Source: an uncultured virus (IMG/VR IMGVR_UViG_3300002835_000029)
Taxonomy: Duplodnaviria > Heunggongvirae > Uroviricota > Caudoviricetes
DNA: 64,000 bases
Strand: one strand, 5' to 3'
IMG/VR virus record: IMGVR_UViG_3300002835_000029
Location: 62,001 to 126,000 of that record
Shown here: positions 38,114-47,664 of the stretch, piece after piece
How positions within the stretch are numbered: the stretch's first letter is position 1
Layout: every line of letters begins with the position of its first letter
Program-made: the position numbers and the translations under genes
Notes under the pieces: model-generated
What the model was told of the DNA's origin: nothing
Database searches by the model: none
What the model saw: the letters and a program-made list of their open reading frames with translations, nothing else

Positions 38114-39802
38114 CTATTGATATGAAGTGGCATTGTATCCAACTGCTCCGACATACGCATTAGTGCCTATTGTTGGAGAAACTCCGATTGTAACTCGCTC
38201 TACCGCTAATAATTCTAAATAGCCAGTTAATTCCGTTGTCATGCCAGCATGAGCTACAGTCTTAATAAAATCAGTATAGTCACCGTCTATATAAAAGCCT
38301 TGACCAATGGCATTAATTTTAGAATTAGAATCATAAAATATTTCTGCACCATCAAAAATATTGTTGTTTCCTATAGTATATTCAGAATAAGGCTGGTCTA
38401 ATAAAATTAATTGATATGATGATCTAGCTCCCGGCAATTCAACAAGTAAATTAATATTAGCATCGATCATTTCTGGCAATCCATGTAAAAATCTTATAGT
38501 AGGCACTAGGCCGGTGTTAACAATGGTATAGTCGTATGAAGGGGTGAGTGACCAGTTATGACCATGTGTTACTGTCATACTTAATCTTTTAACTCTATTA
38601 TAAGCATTAAATACTAATCTACGACTATAATCATTATAAAAGTTGGAACTAATCTTTCGTACACTTCCTAGATATCTTCTAGTTTTATCATTGATTTTAC
38701 AATAAACCCCATCTTGTAATGATATTTCAGTACCTCTAGATGTATTGTTACTCCACGCAATGCTTTCAAATGAAAGTGTGCTTCCATTTAGATAAGCAAA
38801 AATATCATAGTTTGTGTTAGCATTAACAGAGGTCGCATTCAACGCCAATGTACTAGAGAATTGTTTTTCTTCCCAAGTAGATCCATTGAAAAGAGAGATT
38901 ATATTGCCAAGATATGGATGTAAATATATAGTTGTAGAAACTCCTTCAGCGAGTGGGTCAGTTGTGGATGTTGATATTCTAAACTGAGATAATAGAGTAA
39001 AATTTATTGTATTATAATCACCATACAGACTAGATAAATCTGGTATATCTTCTACTGTTAGTGGTCTAAAATTTGGATAGGCTGGATCACAGGGTGGAGA
39101 ACAACCGCTAGGAGGGCCAGCAAAAAAAGTGCCAGCATTTTGTTTTTTTAACAATATATTTTGATTAACAATACCACTCAACTGTATTACAGAGGCAGAG
39201 TAAGTATCTGTTTGGTTCATTTCAAAATGAGTAAGTTGTAAACCACCAGAATAAGATGACAATCCATTATTACCAGATGGAAAGTATATGCCAGAATTAC
39301 CAACAATAAAGCCAGATGCTTTTATGTTTGAAGCGGAACTTGAACCACCAATATCAATTGATGCTGTAGGATTATTTTTATTTATACCGATACGCCCATT
39401 GCCAGAATCTACTACAAACTTATTGCTGTAAGATAGAGAATTAGAAGAAGTCCAAAATGGTAATCCGCTATTTTGAGGAACCGCAGACAAACCGGATGTA
39501 TTAAATACAGCATTGGTAGCTGGATAATTTACATAAATTTCTTTTAATCCTTCTGGAAAATTTACTAAGTTATTACTATTTGTACTTTTGACAGGAAATC
39601 TTTTAATTTGATTGCTAGAAGATATGTAAAGCCCAGAGCCTATTTCATAATTAGTACCGTCAGTTATAGCATAAAATAATTCATCATTGTTAGAATATAC
39701 AGATGAGAATGTAGAAAAACCCTTAACAGCACCGCCAAGAGCGATGTTGTTAGTACCTATAGTGTAGGATATTTCTTTTATTCTATCGTATATATTTATC
39801 AT
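38114..39802 (-). CDS. putative neck/whisker fibre (562 aa)
   Basis: N-terminal DRIKE..TIGTNNIALGGAVKGF..YAITDGTNYEIGSG fibre anchor; GRIGINK..P repeat; FAGP..PNFRPLTVEDIP; TRRYLGS. Confidence 0.6.
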   Translation of the reverse strand: MINIYDRIKEISYTIGTNNIALGGAVKGFSTFSSVYSNNDELFYAITDGTNYEIGSGLYISSSNQIKRFPVKSTNSNNLVNFPEGLKEIYVNYPATNAVFNTSGLSAVPQNSGLPFWTSSNSLSYSNKFVVDSGNGRIGINKNNPTASIDIGGSSSASNIKASGFIVGNSGIYFPSGNNGLSSYSGGLQLTHFEMNQTDTYSASVIQLSGIVNQNILLKKQNAGTFFAGPPSGCSPPCDPAYPNFRPLTVEDIPDLSSLYGDYNTINFTLLSQFRISTSTTDPLAEGVSTTIYLHPYLGNIISLFNGSTWEEKQFSSTLALNATSVNANTNYDIFAYLNGSTLSFESIAWSNNTSRGTEISLQDGVYCKINDKTRRYLGSVRKISSNFYNDYSRRLVFNAYNRVKRLSMTVTHGHNWSLTPSYDYTIVNTGLVPTIRFLHGLPEMIDANINLLVELPGARSSYQLILLDQPYSEYTIGNNNIFDGAEIFYDSNSKINAIGQGFYIDGDYTDFIKTVAHAGMTTELTGYLELLAVERVTIGVSPTIGTNAYVGAVGYNATSYQ

Positions 39803-40728
39803 TATAGTACTGTTACTGTAACTGGCGGATTGCCGGAACCAAGCGGCTCTGTACCATAGATAACTAAGTCATTTACCTTGGCATTGCAGAACTGACCACC
39901 ATCATCCATAACATAAAATGTAATTGACTGAGTTCCATCTGCTCTAGTTAGTCTCTTAGATAAGCCTACAGTATTTTTCTGGAAGAATGCATTATCATTA
40001 GTACTACTGGCATTGCTGTTACCGACAGCAACATAATTATTATCCTTTAAAACACCAGAGTGAATAATAACAAGAAAGTGTCCAGCACTCTCTTTTATTA
40101 ATCCAGAAACATTATAAGCATCATTAACAACTGGTATTGCTCCGCTTGCATCAAAATTTATCCAAGCTTTGGCAACACCTCTAGCAGAATTAAGAACTGA
40201 TTTATCTTTTAGGAAAGTAAATTGTGTGCCACTTCCAACATTAATTGTTTCTTTAGTGGGATCTGTAGAATAGGCAAACTGTAAGCCTTTACCATTAGTA
40301 GATTGAATAATAGAATTACCGCTAGAATTTATCCAATTATTTCCAATTCCTAGATTGCCTCTCAATGCTCTTATGCCACTAACTGGAATATATTGAAAAT
40401 GTGGATCTCCAATGTCTCTACCAATTAAATCATTGTGGCTTATGGACTGAGGGCCGGGATATGGAACAAGTTGTAAACCACCCGGAAATTTAACACCAGA
40501 CTCAACAATTAATTGTCCGGTATTATCATTACCGTCTGTTTTCTTTATTGTTACGTTCTTTACAAATGGAGTTTGAGTCAAATCTCCACTTGCTACTATA
40601 GAAACAATAGAATCAACTGTGTCAATAATACTGTTTCTCACATCGGCGGCAGATATTTGTCCAGCATTGTTGTCTGGAATTGCGAGATTTATACGACTAA
40701 CTAATTCACCACTATTTCTAACTGGCAT
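39802..40728 (-). CDS. putative fibre/virion protein (308 aa)
   Basis: N-terminal DNNAGQISAADVR anchor; H..L.G...DPH.QY knot; C-terminal AKAWINFD..YNVSG domain common at fibre tips. Confidence 0.6.
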   Translation of the reverse strand: MPVRNSGELVSRINLAIPDNNAGQISAADVRNSIIDTVDSIVSIVASGDLTQTPFVKNVTIKKTDGNDNTGQLIVESGVKFPGGLQLVPYPGPQSISHNDLIGRDIGDPHFQYIPVSGIRALRGNLGIGNNWINSSGNSIIQSTNGKGLQFAYSTDPTKETINVGSGTQFTFLKDKSVLNSARGVAKAWINFDASGAIPVVNDAYNVSGLIKESAGHFLVIIHSGVLKDNNYVAVGNSNASSTNDNAFFQKNTVGLSKRLTRADGTQSITFYVMDDGGQFCNAKVNDLVIYGTEPLGSGNPPVTVTVL

Positions 40729-40740
40729 TGTAATCCTCCA

Positions 40741-41262
40741 TTAATATCTAAAATAGCCGCCTCTAGAGTCATAATCACCGTGGGTTCTAACAACGTAGTC
40801 ACTAGCTGGACTATAGGGACCAAGAATAGCATGTCCAACTATGCTACCACCAGCACGGTAATCTAGTAGTAGTTTAGCATATTTATCAGAGAGATCTCTG
40901 TATAGAACTGACAGGGTAGAGGCTACTCCCCTTAAGTCTATAGCAGAGGGTCCGTCTTTGATAGAGATTGCATTTGAAGCTTCGGTCTTTAACTCACTTC
41001 CGACTATAATACAGGCTGTTTTTAAAGCAGTTAAATTAATAAATGCGTTATCTTTTATATCACCAATAGTGGGATCTGGAGATAGTTGACCATTAGCAAT
41101 GTCTATAGAATAGGAATTAGGAAAATCTGTTTCTATAGTTAGCATTTGTGCGCTAACAAGAACGGATGTTTCTATCCTGTCATCAGAATATTTGTAATTA
41201 GATGGTTCTAGGTCATTGATTAAATGCCTGACCATTAACGGTATCTGGCTTCTCCAAGACAT
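40741..41262 (-). CDS. putative head-tail adaptor (173 aa)
   Basis: Helical VRHLIND..YSDDRI..ISIKDGPSAID pattern; first gene after a promoter motif. Confidence 0.55.
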   Translation of the reverse strand: MSWRSQIPLMVRHLINDLEPSNYKYSDDRIETSVLVSAQMLTIETDFPNSYSIDIANGQLSPDPTIGDIKDNAFINLTALKTACIIVGSELKTEASNAISIKDGPSAIDLRGVASTLSVLYRDLSDKYAKLLLDYRAGGSIVGHAILGPYSPASDYVVRTHGDYDSRGGYFRY

Positions 41263-41298
41263 AAAAAGTCCCCGTTTTTGTTTTTAGGCTTCTCTATG

Positions 41299-41308
41299 TA
41301 ATATACAC
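41299..41308 (-). promoter_or_regulatory. putative late promoter motif GTGTATATTA
   Basis: Intergenic copy 36 nt before the ATG at 41262, preceded by TTTTA. Confidence 0.6.
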
Positions 41309-41313
41309 TAAAA

Positions 41314-41913
41314 CTAGATAGTATCTAGATCTTCGTCATTATCTGGGACCGGCTCATTTGCTAGTAATTTGCGAGACTTTTTAATGGCTCGACCCACTAA
41401 TAACTTACCTAAAGCATCCATAAATGGAAGACCCCTTCTACTAGCTTCTTCACGAAGCCATCCAACAATAGTGTCTATATTTTGCTCACACCAATCATTG
41501 TTCTTTTCATTCATTTCTAGGGCATGGGCCTTACATGAACAACTATCAGTCATCTGAATTCCAACACTTTTAATCATTTTAGACAAAATAGTGCCGGGGT
41601 GATTGGGGTACTCTTCCAGAGTTTTTGCGTACAAAGATCGTATGTATGAAGCCGGGTTATCTCCAAGCAAAGTCAATATTTTTTGCTCCGCTTGAGATTT
41701 AGTCCAATCGCCTATTAAGTCATAATCTGAACCGCTCCATATAGTTATATTTACCGGTAGAGATATGATTTGTGCAGAAATTCTTTTATAAAGTGGATTA
41801 TCAGTAAAAACAAAATTTAGTTCATTTAAATGAACTTCTGGGGGATGAATCACCCTGCCAGAATTGTCTGAGTATGGGGGTGGTTGTATAGTAATTGTAT
41901 TTGGTAGTATCAT
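41314..41913 (-). CDS. hypothetical two-domain protein (199 aa)
   Basis: N-terminal IWSGSDYDLIGDWT domain; C-terminal PGT.L..CSC..MN..DWC..NIDTIVGWLREEA domain; AGGAAAGGA RBS. Confidence 0.75.
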   Translation of the reverse strand: MILPNTITIQPPPYSDNSGRVIHPPEVHLNELNFVFTDNPLYKRISAQIISLPVNITIWSGSDYDLIGDWTKSQAEQKILTLLGDNPASYIRSLYAKTLEEYPNHPGTILSKMIKSVGIQMTDSCSCKAHALEMNEKNNDWCEQNIDTIVGWLREEASRRGLPFMDALGKLLVGRAIKKSRKLLANEPVPDNDEDLDTI

Positions 41914-41934
41914 GTTTAGTCCTTTCCTAATTTA

Positions 41935-44900
41935 TTATTGATCTTCATCTGAGGGATAAATAAATACATCTAAGTTATTACCATTTGCTTGTAAATATAT
42001 ATCTATATTTATGGGATCTGGGTAAGTAGAGCCATATTGAAAATTATTTTGTATTGTTTGAGATATTGCATTTATGACTCTATTATCTGTACTACTATTA
42101 GAAGAATTAACACTATATACTAAAACTTTAGATGTTTCTGATATTGGTGGAATAGATATTCTATTTAAAGAAAATCGATAGTATTGATAGCCAGCATTAG
42201 AATTAAATATTGCATATACATTGATATTGTCATAAATAGTGTCGCTATCAACATTACCGTTGCAATCAACAAAGTTACTAATTGTACACCCGCATAATGG
42301 GTTATCACTAAATACTGCTGAAGAGTATGTAGCATCTGGAAGACTTACATAACTTGAACAATTATTGGGTCGGCAAGAATATACAAACTCTACATCTGCT
42401 AGCATTGGTATCTTTGGTTCATAAAACGGAGCTTCTGGATATGTTGGATCTGTATAGTATCCTTCATATCCTATAAATATGTCAGGACCGATAAATCTAG
42501 ATACATTATTCCATCCCAACCCTAGAGCAGAAACCCTATAACCAAAACCAAACTCTGGTATGCCACTACAGACTTCATCACCAATAAGTTCTATATCATT
42601 TCCGGCAGTATTTATATAGCCATAATTTTTATCATTTCCATAAATTCCATGTGATACTCTATCTACAACAACCCAATCTTGATATGGTTTTCTATAGCGT
42701 ATGGGTAGTGTGAATCCAACAGCAGCCCTATGTCCAGTTCCAACTACGCTATCATTTACTGGAGATAGGTGAAGTGTCATAAGAAATTTGGCGGGAAAAG
42801 CATATGTCGAAGAAAGATTTGATCCATCAGCATAGAAGTATTCTCTATATTTACTATCACCAAGCGTAAATTCTTGAAAACTTATAGTATATGGATTTGT
42901 AGTACTATCCGTAGTATTTAATCTCCAATCTAGATTACTACCAAATTTATCAAATACGTATACACCGCTAAATACTGGGTCGTTAGGTATTGTAATTTTT
43001 ATTCTATTGGAAAGATTGACGGGCTGATAGTCACTATCGTAAGGGCATATTTTTCCAGATGCTGATGGGGGTGCATAATTGATTACATTTGGATATATAT
43101 ATGGATTATGAGGAACATCAACAGAATTTGTTCTTGAAAGATTGTATGGTGGATAATAAGTTTTACCGCAATCACTACTTGAGTTTGAAAAATAATTATT
43201 ACTAGGATTGTCCCAACAGCATAGAAATGGATCTTGAGAAGAACACTTTAAATAAAGTACTCCAGAATTAGTATTGTCAGTAGATAATTTATTTGTCCAT
43301 GAAGACAGTGTGCTTTCGCTTATACCGGGAAGCACATTCCCAACCACTTTGGATATTGTATAGTAATTTGGTTTAGTAATATTTCCAAAATAGCCATCAC
43401 TTGGTGGTAATTTTAAACCATAAACATCGCTTTGCGTCTTTAATAATAATGCTGCCGCGATACTATCAGTGGGTTTGAACAGAGATATATCATAATTTTG
43501 ACTATTTATTTGGGGTGCGATAAAATTGTTTGGAATTTCAAATATGCCTCCAGAAACTTTGATTAAATATTGATAATTAACTTGTTCTTGACCCACTGGT
43601 AGTGTTAATACTTGAGGGGAGCTAAACATAGTGATATGTAGGGGATGGTTTGTATCGCCTCTTAATATTGGTCTTAAACTAACTTGCCACTTACCAGTAG
43701 TTGTATCATAATATCTATTTCCTACATTACTGCACGGCTGCAATATTGTACTATTTACATAGTTTATATTATCAAGATAGTTTGTTCCACCAAGATATAT
43801 ATCAAATAATAATGCTCCACTTGAAGTAGTAAACTCTACGGCGTTGGTAAATGGATACTTTCCAACTAAATAGTTATCTGTGCATGTAGATGGATCTACG
43901 GTAGTAGTAGTGCTAGTTGAGGTTGAAGTACTAGTAGAGGTACTTGTACTGGTAGAAGTTGAAGTCGAAGTGCTAGTTGTGGTTGTAGTGGGACATACAT
44001 AGTCGCTAGTTCTAGCACTCCCATCTCCAGTAGAATTTGCTGTTACACAAGTTGGAGCAATATCGCTCTGAGTGGCGTAAGAATAATATCCGGGGGAATT
44101 AACTCCTCCTTTTATCGGGCTGTAGTATGCCGCCTTATACCATTCATTTTCTGTGGGAATATGGTATTTGGCGTTTATATTTTTTGCTACAGAATCTCCG
44201 TTAACTCTCCCGTTAAGGGGATATGCTCCATTTTCTGTTGTGGTACTATCTTGAGGTCCAGATAACTTACCATTATGAAGCCAATTGCAATATCTTGCAC
44301 AATTAAACCATGTAACATGAACAGCAGGCTTATTGCCCATATCAGTTTTAAAACTATACCTCCAACTACCAGCAATACCATTTCTATATATACCACCTCT
44401 AGGATCATCTGACATATCTGAGTTGTAGATATCATAAGTATCATTAGTGCCTACAGCATTCAAAAACTCAACATATTCACAATTGGTTACAGTATATTTT
44501 CCTATACTATAAATATAGTTTACAGCTCCATAACCTGTAATATCATTATTATTATCAGTATTTGCTATAGTAACAAAATTAGGTAAATTTAAAGGGTTAG
44601 GAGTAGAGAAGGAGCTTGCAATGCGAAAACCGATGTCGCTTTGCTTGAAATAAGGATCGTCCACGTTCCTACTGGATGATGTCAAGTAGAACGCATTAAG
44701 ATTCCAGCTGCCGCCGCGAAGATAAATATTAATATTTCCGTAACGACCTGTCGTATTACCAAGTGTATCGGTCCACTGCCACACATTACCACCTTGGTCG
44801 AATGTACCATAATAACTAGAACGACCATTACTTCCAACAGTAGTAACATTACCATTAAGAATATTCCAATCAGCACAACTATTAAAATTTGCAGAATTTA

Positions 44901-45564
44901 AATTGGGTACAGCAGTGGTGCTAGTCGAGGTGCTAGTACTAGTAGAAGTAGAAGTGCTAGTCGAGGTACTGGTGCTAGTCGAGGTACTGGTGCTAGTCGA
45001 GGTACTGGTGCTAGTGGATGTACTGGTGCTAGTGGATGTGCTGGTGCTAGTAGTAGTTGGTACTGGAGTAGGAAATACAAGTCCTCGCTCAGTTATACAT
45101 GGAACAGTAATAGTGTTAATTGATGGATTTAAAGTTATTATTGGATTTGAACAACATTCTGGAGTTTCAATGTTGCACAAACTTTTAACAGATACTGCAA
45201 ACTTTTTATCAGATCCAGATGTAATTAATACTGGTATGAATATAACATTTTCATTTAATGATGCAATATTTATAAATCCAAAATTTTCATTTGTAATATA
45301 ATCATATATAGAAAGTTGTACATTATCTTGAATGAGTGGTAATGATCCATCACCCCAATATATCTCAAATCCAATAATATTGTTACTAAAGTTTTGCTTT
45401 TTAGAGGTGGTTACAAATCTCTTTCCATTATTTACTACACAATCAATACTATGAACTAACTCTAAGTCCGTAAAGCCGCTGTTATGCAAAGCTCTTAGTC
45501 CAAATCCATTTTTATTGTATTTGGTTCCAACCGGAATAGATATTGATCCGCATATACAGCTCAT
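41935..45564 (-). CDS. Cys-rich virion surface protein with circularly permuted FGE/SUMF1 (C-type lectin fold) domain between Ser/Thr stalks (1209 aa)
   Basis: Motifs YGTFDQGGNVWQW, RGGSW, IGFRIA, YTVTNCEY, PAVHVTWFNCARYCNWL, IPTENEWYKAA. Confidence 0.8.
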   Translation of the reverse strand: MSCICGSISIPVGTKYNKNGFGLRALHNSGFTDLELVHSIDCVVNNGKRFVTTSKKQNFSNNIIGFEIYWGDGSLPLIQDNVQLSIYDYITNENFGFINIASLNENVIFIPVLITSGSDKKFAVSVKSLCNIETPECCSNPIITLNPSINTITVPCITERGLVFPTPVPTTTSTSTSTSTSTSTSTSTSTSTSTSTSTSTSTSTSTSTSTSTSTSTTAVPNLNSANFNSCADWNILNGNVTTVGSNGRSSYYGTFDQGGNVWQWTDTLGNTTGRYGNINIYLRGGSWNLNAFYLTSSSRNVDDPYFKQSDIGFRIASSFSTPNPLNLPNFVTIANTDNNNDITGYGAVNYIYSIGKYTVTNCEYVEFLNAVGTNDTYDIYNSDMSDDPRGGIYRNGIAGSWRYSFKTDMGNKPAVHVTWFNCARYCNWLHNGKLSGPQDSTTTENGAYPLNGRVNGDSVAKNINAKYHIPTENEWYKAAYYSPIKGGVNSPGYYSYATQSDIAPTCVTANSTGDGSARTSDYVCPTTTTTSTSTSTSTSTSTSTSTSTSTSTTTTVDPSTCTDNYLVGKYPFTNAVEFTTSSGALLFDIYLGGTNYLDNINYVNSTILQPCSNVGNRYYDTTTGKWQVSLRPILRGDTNHPLHITMFSSPQVLTLPVGQEQVNYQYLIKVSGGIFEIPNNFIAPQINSQNYDISLFKPTDSIAAALLLKTQSDVYGLKLPPSDGYFGNITKPNYYTISKVVGNVLPGISESTLSSWTNKLSTDNTNSGVLYLKCSSQDPFLCCWDNPSNNYFSNSSSDCGKTYYPPYNLSRTNSVDVPHNPYIYPNVINYAPPSASGKICPYDSDYQPVNLSNRIKITIPNDPVFSGVYVFDKFGSNLDWRLNTTDSTTNPYTISFQEFTLGDSKYREYFYADGSNLSSTYAFPAKFLMTLHLSPVNDSVVGTGHRAAVGFTLPIRYRKPYQDWVVVDRVSHGIYGNDKNYGYINTAGNDIELIGDEVCSGIPEFGFGYRVSALGLGWNNVSRFIGPDIFIGYEGYYTDPTYPEAPFYEPKIPMLADVEFVYSCRPNNCSSYVSLPDATYSSAVFSDNPLCGCTISNFVDCNGNVDSDTIYDNINVYAIFNSNAGYQYYRFSLNRISIPPISETSKVLVYSVNSSNSSTDNRVINAISQTIQNNFQYGSTYPDPINIDIYLQANGNNLDVFIYPSDEDQ
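43898..43990 (-). repeat. Thr/Ser low-complexity linker
   Basis: Encodes PTTTTTSTSTS...STTTTV. Confidence 0.85.
44912..45062 (-). repeat. (Thr-Ser)n linker with ~18-bp tandem units
   Basis: Units such as gtgctagtcgaggtactg and gtgctagtggatgtactg on the + strand. Confidence 0.85.
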
Positions 45565-46832
45565 TTTAACAAATCTTTCAAGATTGTAATTAATTTTTGA
45601 TACTTATGTGGTCTATACTTGGAGGCAACTTCAAATGCATTCAACAAGTCATTTTTGCTTATAAGATTTACATTAATATCATCTAATATATTGCACTTGA
45701 CTGTCCCGTTTATTAATGAATAATAATCAATTTCGTTAAGAATGTTAGATATAAAGTCAATACTCATATCATTGCCCACAATAACTTTCAGTCTAAAGCT
45801 TGAATCTTTATATTTGTACATCTTTTGAAGATTTTCTTCTTCGTATCCAAAGTTAACAAGAATGTCTATTATTTTACTTATGTTTTCATCAGATGCTTCA
45901 TAAACAAAATCTAAATCTCTAGGATTATCATTTATATGATACATCTTCAGTGCATATCCACCAACTAATACCATGTTAACACCGCTATTAATCATTTCTT
46001 CTATTATTTTTTTTGTAGTTATCTCTTGGGTAGCACCGAATAGTTCATTTTGTGGCAAAGTTACAGATGCAAAATTAGAAATAATATATGGAGGCTCACA
46101 TAGTCCTTCGGATGGGCAACAACCATTTTGTGGGTCGTAACTCCATCCTATTGCACAGCATATGGGTTTGCCGTCTGGCGTAACTCCAACCTGCGCCATT
46201 TTGGCTATTGCGCACGGATCAATTGGTGGCTCAGTAGTAGTAGCAACTGGAGTTGTGGTAGCTTGAGGGGTAGTTGTAATATTGGGAGTAGTGGTAGTTG
46301 GTGCTACCGTGGTGGTAGTTGGTGCTACAGTAGTGGTAGTTGGTGCTACAGTAGTGGTAGTTGGTGCTACAGTAGTGGTAGTTGGTGCTACCGTGGTGGT
46401 AGTTGGTGCTACCGTGGTGGTAGTTGGTGCTACAGTTGTGGTAGTTGGTGCTACAGTAGTGGTAGTTGGTGCTACAGTAGTGGTAGTTGGTGCTACAGTA
46501 GTGGTAGTTGGTGCTACCGTGGTGGTAGTTGGTGCTACCGTGGTGGTAGTTGGTGCTACAGTTGTGGTAGTTGGTGCTACAGTAGTGGTAGTTGGTGCTA
46601 CAGTAGTGGTAGTTGGTGCTACAGTAGTGGTAGTTGGTGCTACCGTGGTGGTAGTTGGTGCTACCGTGGTGGTAGTTGGTGCTACAGTTGTGGTTGGCGG
46701 TATAGTGGTGTTAGTGGTTGTGGGAGGCTCATAGCACAAACCACCACAAGGTGGCTCATCATATGGCCCGCTCACTATCTCATGTAAAGATAGGTTAATC
46801 TGAGAAGATTTTAAACAAACATAACTAGGCAT
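45561..46832 (-). CDS. Cys-rich, mucin-like repeat protein fused to a nucleotidyltransferase-like domain (423 aa)
   Basis: N-terminal C..SGPY..CxxxC; (VAPTTTT) repeats; CC..CC knot; C-terminal LVGGYA..RDLDF. Confidence 0.7.
   Translation of the reverse strand: MPSYVCLKSSQINLSLHEIVSGPYDEPPCGGLCYEPPTTTNTTIPPTTTVAPTTTTVAPTTTTVAPTTTTVAPTTTTVAPTTTTVAPTTTTVAPTTTTVAPTTTTVAPTTTTVAPTTTTVAPTTTTVAPTTTTVAPTTTTVAPTTTTVAPTTTTVAPTTTTVAPTTTTVAPTTTTVAPTTTTPNITTTPQATTTPVATTTEPPIDPCAIAKMAQVGVTPDGKPICCAIGWSYDPQNGCCPSEGLCEPPYIISNFASVTLPQNELFGATQEITTKKIIEEMINSGVNMVLVGGYALKMYHINDNPRDLDFVYEASDENISKIIDILVNFGYEEENLQKMYKYKDSSFRLKVIVGNDMSIDFISNILNEIDYYSLINGTVKCNILDDINVNLISKNDLLNAFEVASKYRPHKYQKLITILKDLLK
46288..46692. 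repeat. 21-bp tandem repeat, 19 units, with 126-bp higher-order period
   Basis: ggtgctac recurs every 21 bp from 46300 to 46678; variant order is B(AAABBC)x3. Confidence 0.95.
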
Positions 46833-47655
46833 AATTGTTACCGTAGCTACTCACAGACGTATTAGTAAGGTCATTTCTCACAAATCTGGCACGTAATGGT
46901 TTGGAAACTATACTGACATTATTACTGAGTGTAGTTATGTCATTTGAAAATGAATTTGCCCCAATAACTACTGGAGACAAACGATAATTTGTCCAATTTC
47001 TTTCCTGTGTCAATAAATTAGGAGTTGAATAATAATACGCATATTCAATAAGAGCAATAACAGTAAAGTAATTTGGATTATATATCTTTTTATTGCTAAA
47101 AATAGGGGATAGTATATTATCAGTATTTGAGTAAGTTGGATATACAGGAGTATTAGTAATAGTACCAGCGTAAGAAGTAAGAGAATAAGCACTGATTTGA
47201 CTAGAATTAGACCCAACATAAATAAATCTAGCTTTAATTATTCCACCCCGGTCAATCACAAAAGTTTGTGAATTCACACTAAAAGGCTTTATTTGAGATG
47301 GGGTTAGTAGAGTTGGGTCAGTATCTGCAAACAAAGACATTAAATCATAATTACTTTTAGCATCCATCGTAAAGCTTGGAAAATCAGTATATGAACCTAA
47401 AGTTTGATTATCTGGAGCATATTGTGTAAATACCCTAACTGGAACATTGTTAATGTTAAATAAATTACTTCCATTCATAAAAGGAACTATTGGAGGTAAT
47501 AATGTAAAGTTTGGATTGGGTGTTGTTGTAATAGGGGGTAATGTAGTAGACGGTGAACTACACACAGATTCACACTGACTTGTGGATGAATATGGACCAC
47601 CAAGTATAGTGTGTACAGATGGATTATATGCTGAACTATGTATGCAAGTTCTCAT
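46825..47655 (-). CDS. Cys-rich-leader virion accessory protein (276 aa)
   Basis: N-terminal CIHSS..GGPY..CESVC followed by a P/T linker; AGGAGA RBS. Confidence 0.7.
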   Translation of the reverse strand: MRTCIHSSAYNPSVHTILGGPYSSTSQCESVCSSPSTTLPPITTTPNPNFTLLPPIVPFMNGSNLFNINNVPVRVFTQYAPDNQTLGSYTDFPSFTMDAKSNYDLMSLFADTDPTLLTPSQIKPFSVNSQTFVIDRGGIIKARFIYVGSNSSQISAYSLTSYAGTITNTPVYPTYSNTDNILSPIFSNKKIYNPNYFTVIALIEYAYYYSTPNLLTQERNWTNYRLSPVVIGANSFSNDITTLSNNVSIVSKPLRARFVRNDLTNTSVSSYGNNYA

Positions 47656-47664
47656 GTTTTCTCC

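Noticed and set aside
44898..45301. Val/Leu-rich and LAPVPR ORFs
   Set aside because: Alternate-frame shadows of the (Thr-Ser)n linker.
46288..46692. CRISPR array
   Set aside because: Contiguous in-frame units with no unique spacers.
46128..46787. Plus-strand ORFs of 219 and 150 aa (SWCY and GATVVVV repeats)
   Set aside because: Stop-free shadows of the 21-bp repeat on the antisense strand.
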